Of a DNA stretch of 64,000 nt, positions 59,426 through 64,000 are shown piece by piece (position 1 is the stretch's first letter; each line of letters starts with the position of its first letter). The translations under genes and the position numbers were made by a program. The DNA comes from Gemmatimonadota bacterium (lineage in GTDB: Bacteria > Gemmatimonadota > Gemmatimonadetes > Gemmatimonadales > GWC2-71-9): the NCBI GenBank assembly GCA_039588295.1, contig JBDHAB010000021.1, forward strand, positions 22,947 through 86,946, in the 5' to 3' direction. The notes beneath the pieces are model-generated. The model searched no databases. It was not told the origin of the DNA and saw nothing but the letters and a program-made list of their open reading frames with translations.

Positions 59426-59510
59426 ATGGGCAGGTTAACCCAGTCACCCAGCATGGTGATACCACTTCCGCTACGCCGCGTGACACAATGTTGCGTGCCC
59501 CGGGTCAGGC

Positions 59511-60866
59511 TCAGCTCCGCTCCAGCCCATACTTCTCGATCTTCTTATAGAGATTGCTCCGCGGCATACTCAGCCGCCGCGCCGTCTCACTCACGTTCCA
59601 CCCGTTCTCGCCGAGTTTGGTCTCGAGAAAGGCGCGCTCGGCCTGCTGTTTGAACTCGTCGAACGTGGCGCAATGTGCCAATTCGGCCAGAGCGGCACCG
59701 CTCGTCGCACCCGAGATGCGGTCCACGTCGGCTGCTGTGACGGTTTCGCCGCTCGTGAGGATCAGCAGCCGTTCGACTGCATTTCGCAGCTCCCGGACGT
59801 TGCCCGGCCAATCACGACTCCGCAGCACATCGATCGCGTCGGCGTCGAACGCCTTGGGTTTCACCCCGCTGTCCCGGACCATGTCGGCCACGAACTTGTC
59901 GATCAGGAGCGGGACGTCACTCCGGCGAGCGCGGAGCGGCGGCACGTCGACCGGTACCACGTTGAGGCGGTAGTACAGGTCTTCCCGAAATCGGTTCGCC
60001 GCGATTTCGTCGGGCAACGACTTGTTCGTCGCTGCGATCACACGGACGTTCACGGAGATCGCTTTCGTGGCACCGATACGGGTGACCCGCCCCTCCTCCA
60101 GTGCCCGCAGCACTTTGGCCTGCGCTGCCGCACTCATGTCGCCTACTTCGTCGAGAAACAAGGTCCCACCGTCCGCTTGCTCGAACTTGCCCGGTCGGTC
60201 GGCGAACGCGCCGGTGAACGACCCCTTCATATGCCCGAACAGCTCGCTCTCGATAAGCTCCCCTGGAATCGCCGCGCAGTTCACTTCGACGAACGGTGCG
60301 TCGGCCCGTGGCGATTTTCGATGAATGGCCGAGGCCACCAACTCCTTGCCGCTCCCGTTCTCACCCATAATGAGAACGCGCGCCCCAGTTGGGGCGACGC
60401 GGTCGATCACCTCCAACAACTCCTTGACTGCGGGACTCTCCCCCACGATCTCGTACCGGTCGACGACCGTCGCGCGCAGCCGCACGTTCTCCGATTCGAG
60501 TTCCGCTCGCTCGAAGACGTGGCGTATGGTGAGCAGAATCCGATCGGTGTCGAGCGGTTTCTCGAGGAAGTCGTATGCACCCAGCTGCGTGGCCTCGACC
60601 GCCGTCTGGATGGTCCCGTGTCCGGAGATCATGACGACCTGGGCCAGCGGATCCGTCTCCCGCAGCCGCGCCAGGGTCTCGAGGCCATCCATCCCTGCCA
60701 TCTTCACGTCCAAGAACACGAGATGCGGGTGGAACTCCTGATAGCTCTTCAATGCGGCGTCACCGGAATCGACCGTTCTCACCTCGATCCCCTCGTATTC
60801 GAGTATCTGCCGCATTGCGTCGCGCACACCCTTCTCGTCATCGACCACCAACACGCGTCGTGCCAT
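59511..60866 (-). CDS. NtrC/NtrX-type response regulator (REC-AAA+-Fis HTH)
   Basis: VVDDE, LDVKM, GENGSGKE, ESELFGH.KGSFTGA, WPGNVREL. Confidence 0.93.
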   Translation of the reverse strand: MARRVLVVDDEKGVRDAMRQILEYEGIEVRTVDSGDAALKSYQEFHPHLVFLDVKMAGMDGLETLARLRETDPLAQVVMISGHGTIQTAVEATQLGAYDFLEKPLDTDRILLTIRHVFERAELESENVRLRATVVDRYEIVGESPAVKELLEVIDRVAPTGARVLIMGENGSGKELVASAIHRKSPRADAPFVEVNCAAIPGELIESELFGHMKGSFTGAFADRPGKFEQADGGTLFLDEVGDMSAAAQAKVLRALEEGRVTRIGATKAISVNVRVIAATNKSLPDEIAANRFREDLYYRLNVVPVDVPPLRARRSDVPLLIDKFVADMVRDSGVKPKAFDADAIDVLRSRDWPGNVRELRNAVERLLILTSGETVTAADVDRISGATSGAALAELAHCATFDEFKQQAERAFLETKLGENGWNVSETARRLSMPRSNLYKKIEKYGLERS

Positions 60867-61531
60867 TAGCTCACCCGTCGAAACAGAGTCACTCCATCAG
60901 CGTTCACGCGGATCTCTCCCACCGTCTCCGGTACGGGGATGATGAACGCTCCGTCGGTACCACCGGTCATACGGTTCACCAGTCTCGGGATCACGGATGC
61001 CGGAAACGGAAACGCCCGAATCACGAATTCGTCGCATTGCCAGGCTGCGCGACCCGGCGCATGCAGCGTCACGGGCCCTGCCAGCCGGACCGGCTGCCGA
61101 GTCCCCAGCAAGTCACGCAGCGGACCCAACAGATCCTGGCCGAACACATCGAGACGCATCTGACCGACGAGGGTCAGTCGATCATCGCTCAGAATCACCC
61201 GCAAGGAGTCCAACGCCTGTTTCGCAACAGGATCCAAGCGATGCTGGACAAGCGCCGCGACCTCGTCCGCCGTGAGTCGCACGTACCCGACACCGCTCCC
61301 GCGGCCGATGTCCGCCTCCTTCCGCTCCGCCTGCCGCAGCGCTTCCTCGGAGGGCAGGCCGACCACCGAGTCGGCAAACACCGGACCGCCGCTGTCGTCC
61401 CCGACGTCTGCAAACGATCGGTACACCCCCAGCAGCTGATCGCGATACACCCACGCGCCGATCGCCACCGCGACCAACACGGTGACACACCCGAGCGTGG
61501 CAAAGAAGTTCTTGAAGCACCCTCCCGTCAT
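60866..61531 (-). CDS. Membrane-anchored hypothetical protein
   Basis: N-terminal TM; coupled to the flanking genes. Confidence 0.65.
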   Translation of the reverse strand: MTGGCFKNFFATLGCVTVLVAVAIGAWVYRDQLLGVYRSFADVGDDSGGPVFADSVVGLPSEEALRQAERKEADIGRGSGVGYVRLTADEVAALVQHRLDPVAKQALDSLRVILSDDRLTLVGQMRLDVFGQDLLGPLRDLLGTRQPVRLAGPVTLHAPGRAAWQCDEFVIRAFPFPASVIPRLVNRMTGGTDGAFIIPVPETVGEIRVNADGVTLFRRVS

Positions 61532-61549
61532 CCGGTTCCTCCCGCCCTC

Positions 61550-62110
61550 TTACCCCTCGAGCGGTGTCGCGTGCCGCCGAGTGTACGTGGCGCCCCGGCG
61601 GCTGAGCACACTCTGCATGAGGTCGATCGATGGGACGGCGATCTCCGTAGCGTACTCCAGCGGCTCGATGATGTCGACGAATCCCGCCAGGTCTCGTGAT
61701 CGGGTTGCACCCTTGACCCGTCCCAGGGTGATGTGCGGGTGAAACGGCCGCCCCTCGAGGGGGAACCCGATTTGCGCCATCTCCTGCTCGACCCGATGCT
61801 GGAGCAGCTCGAGCGCCGGAGCGCGCTCACACCCGATCCACACGACCCTGGGCCGAGCGACGGAAGGGAATGCGCCGAAGCCCGTGACCATCAATGTGAA
61901 CGGCCTCGCACCCGCAGCCGCGCGGTGGAGCGCCGCAACGATCTCTTCCTCCCGTTCGGCAGGGACTTCACCCAAAAACTTGAGTGTCACGTGCAACGCG
62001 TCCTGCGCCACCCAGCGAATCGGAAAGTGCGTCGTGCGCAGTGCACCCGCCGCCACCCACGCCGCATGCCTGACTTCCTCCGGAAGATTGACGGCGACGA
62101 ACAGGCGCAT
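61550..62110 (-). CDS. thpR: RNA 2',3'-cyclic phosphodiesterase (2H family)
   Basis: MRLFVAV, LHVTLKFLG, PHITLGR. Confidence 0.92.
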   Translation of the reverse strand: MRLFVAVNLPEEVRHAAWVAAGALRTTHFPIRWVAQDALHVTLKFLGEVPAEREEEIVAALHRAAAGARPFTLMVTGFGAFPSVARPRVVWIGCERAPALELLQHRVEQEMAQIGFPLEGRPFHPHITLGRVKGATRSRDLAGFVDIIEPLEYATEIAVPSIDLMQSVLSRRGATYTRRHATPLEG

Positions 62111-62117
62111 GCGGCCG

Positions 62118-62945
62118 TCAGGTCCTGGCTGCCAGGAGCTCGACGTCTCGGCCGTTCGGGGACAGCAGGCTGCCGCGCCGGTAGCCCCCGAGATCCAGCG
62201 CAACCCGTTGGAACCCGAGCGAAAGAAACTCGCGAGCTATTTCGTCTCGATGCGCCCGAATGCGTGAGAACTCCGAAACCGCCACCTCGATGCGCGCCTC
62301 CTCCCCCCGATGGCGCACGCGGAGATCACCCCGGACCCCGATCGCTCGAAGCAACGCTTCGCCTGCTTCCACTTGCCTGAGCCGCGCCGGCGTCACCGAC
62401 AGACCATACAGGATGCGGCTCGACAGGCACGGTGCCGCCGGCGCGTCCCACATGGGGAGCCCCAGCGCTCTCGCTTCGCGCCGCACGTCAGCCTTGGTGT
62501 AGCCAGCCTCGGCAAGCGGGGACCGCACGCGGTGTTCCGCCGCCGCCCGGAGTCCCGGACGGTGCTCGTGCGTGTCATCGAGGTTCGTGCCATCGACCAC
62601 GACGGCCATCCCGCGCTCCTGAGCGACCTTCGCGAGCGAACGCCAGAGTTCGGTCTTGCAGAAGTAGCAGCGGCTTGGCGCGTTGGCGACATAGCCCGGA
62701 TCGTCGAGCTCATGCGTCGCGACTTGGACGAGGGCGAGATCGAACTCCCTCGCTACCGCGAGCGCCTGCTCCCGCTGCACGGCAGGAAAGGAAGGGCTGA
62801 CTGCCATCGCGGCGACAGCACGTTCCCTGCCCAGGACGCGACGCGCCAACACGGCAACCAGTGACGAGTCCACACCGCCGGAGTAGCCGACGAGAATGGA
62901 GGGGAACGTCGCCAGATGGGTTGCGAGTTTGGTGGGATCGGGCAT
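62118..62945 (-). CDS. larE: ATP-dependent sulfur transferase LarE family
   Basis: SGGVDS PP-loop, RCYFCK, DGTN.DD..RPG, PCLSSR. Confidence 0.9.
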   Translation of the reverse strand: MPDPTKLATHLATFPSILVGYSGGVDSSLVAVLARRVLGRERAVAAMAVSPSFPAVQREQALAVAREFDLALVQVATHELDDPGYVANAPSRCYFCKTELWRSLAKVAQERGMAVVVDGTNLDDTHEHRPGLRAAAEHRVRSPLAEAGYTKADVRREARALGLPMWDAPAAPCLSSRILYGLSVTPARLRQVEAGEALLRAIGVRGDLRVRHRGEEARIEVAVSEFSRIRAHRDEIAREFLSLGFQRVALDLGGYRRGSLLSPNGRDVELLAART

Positions 62946-63021
62946 GCGCGAATTAATAACGGAGGGGATCGGGTGACGGAAGCGCGGTGCAGCCAGATCA
63001 ATGCAGTCGGCGCACCACGCC

Positions 63022-64000
63022 CTACACCACGGGCCGATCCAAGCTCCGGTACTGCACCGCCTCGCCCACGTGGTCGGCCCGGACGGCATCACAGTCGGCC
63101 AAGTCCGCAATCGTGCGGGCGATCTTGAGCACGCGGTGGTATGCGCGGGCCGACAGCCGGAGTCGCACGATGGCCGTCTTGAGCAACCCCTCCGCTTCGG
63201 ACGTCACCCCACAGTGCTTCTGAAGGTCTTTCGGTGTCATGTGCGCGTTGGCGAACACGCCATCCCGACCGCGGAAGCGCTGCACCTGCCTGCCCCGCGC
63301 CTGGTTCACCCGTGCCCGGATCACCCCACTGGGCTCGCCACTCCGCTCGCACGACAGCTCACGGTATGGAACGGCCGGTACCTCCACGTGCAAATCGATA
63401 CGGTCGAGCAGCGGCCCAGAAAGCCGCGCCACATACCGCTCGACCCCCACCGATCCGCAGGTGCAGGCACGACCCGGATCGCCGAAGTAGCCGCAGGGAC
63501 ACGGATTCATCGCGGCCGCGAGCATGAAGCGCGCGGGATAGGAGAGCGACGTGGCGGCACGCGCAATCGTGACGTATCCGTCTTCCAACGGCTGCCGCAG
63601 GACTTCGAGGACGTTCTTGCGAAACTCGGGGAGTTCGTCCAGGAAGAGCACCCCTCCATGAGCGAGACTCACCTCACCCGGTCGCGGGTAGGAGCCACCA
63701 CCGATCAACCCGGCATCACTGATGGTGTGGTGCGGCGCCCGAAACGGCCTGGTGGTAACCAGCGACCCTCCCGGCGGAACCAGACCCGCCACGCTGTGGA
63801 TCTTGGTCGTCTCCAGAGCCTCAACGCGCGTCATCTCCGGCAGCACAGTGGGGAGCCGGCGCGCCAGCATGGTTTTGCCTGACCCCGGCGGACCGATCAT
63901 CAAGAGGTTGTGTGCACCTGCCGCCGCGACTTCGAGCGCCCGCTTCGCATGCTCCTGCCCCCTCACCTCCGCCAGATCCAGATCCTCGTGGGTGACGCGT
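63022..64000 (-). CDS. comM: YifB/ComM Mg-chelatase-like AAA ATPase, 5' end outside the window
   Basis: [36 protein letters not shown]. Confidence 0.92.
   Translation of the reverse strand, partial: RVTHEDLDLAEVRGQEHAKRALEVAAAGAHNLLMIGPPGSGKTMLARRLPTVLPEMTRVEALETTKIHSVAGLVPPGGSLVTTRPFRAPHHTISDAGLIGGGSYPRPGEVSLAHGGVLFLDELPEFRKNVLEVLRQPLEDGYVTIARAATSLSYPARFMLAAAMNPCPCGYFGDPGRACTCGSVGVERYVARLSGPLLDRIDLHVEVPAVPYRELSCERSGEPSGVIRARVNQARGRQVQRFRGRDGVFANAHMTPKDLQKHCGVTSEAEGLLKTAIVRLRLSARAYHRVLKIARTIADLADCDAVRADHVGEAVQYRSLDRPVV

Noticed and set aside
1..64000. CRISPR arrays, rRNA, IS transposases, known defence systems
   Set aside because: No regularly spaced repeats or diagnostic protein motifs were seen

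Overview
GC-rich, densely coding bacterial chromosome segment; gene order and protein style suggest Gemmatimonadota (inference). Most of it is housekeeping: rsmI, trxA, pdxJ, ispE-tRNA-Gln-prs-rplY-pth-hppA-ychF-rpsF-rpsR-rplI, smc, lolA, ctpA, tmk, prmC-prfA-rpmE, lnt, rimO, a short sigma70, an NtrX-like regulator, thpR, larE and comM. The best candidate for an undescribed system is 42065-48790. It encodes a Crp regulator, an MBL-fold hydrolase, a secreted CsgG/TolB-N+TPR protein, an MCE/Mla transporter whose ABC subunit has lost every ATPase motif, and a translationally coupled GAF/HD-GYP phosphodiesterase, with a Crp-type box in front of the operon. Other notable points: (1) a decayed 1.3 kb island in tRNA-Gln that duplicates the 5' half of the tRNA and retains an integrase C-terminus and repeat motifs; (2) a pth gene with an internal deletion/frameshift that fuses it in frame to the Na+-PPase; (3) three apparent CTG starts; (4) a His-less multi-Hpt protein; (5) a small ADP-ribosyltransferase-like protein. 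No CRISPR array, rRNA or intact transposase was seen. All calls come from reading motifs by eye; no searches were run.
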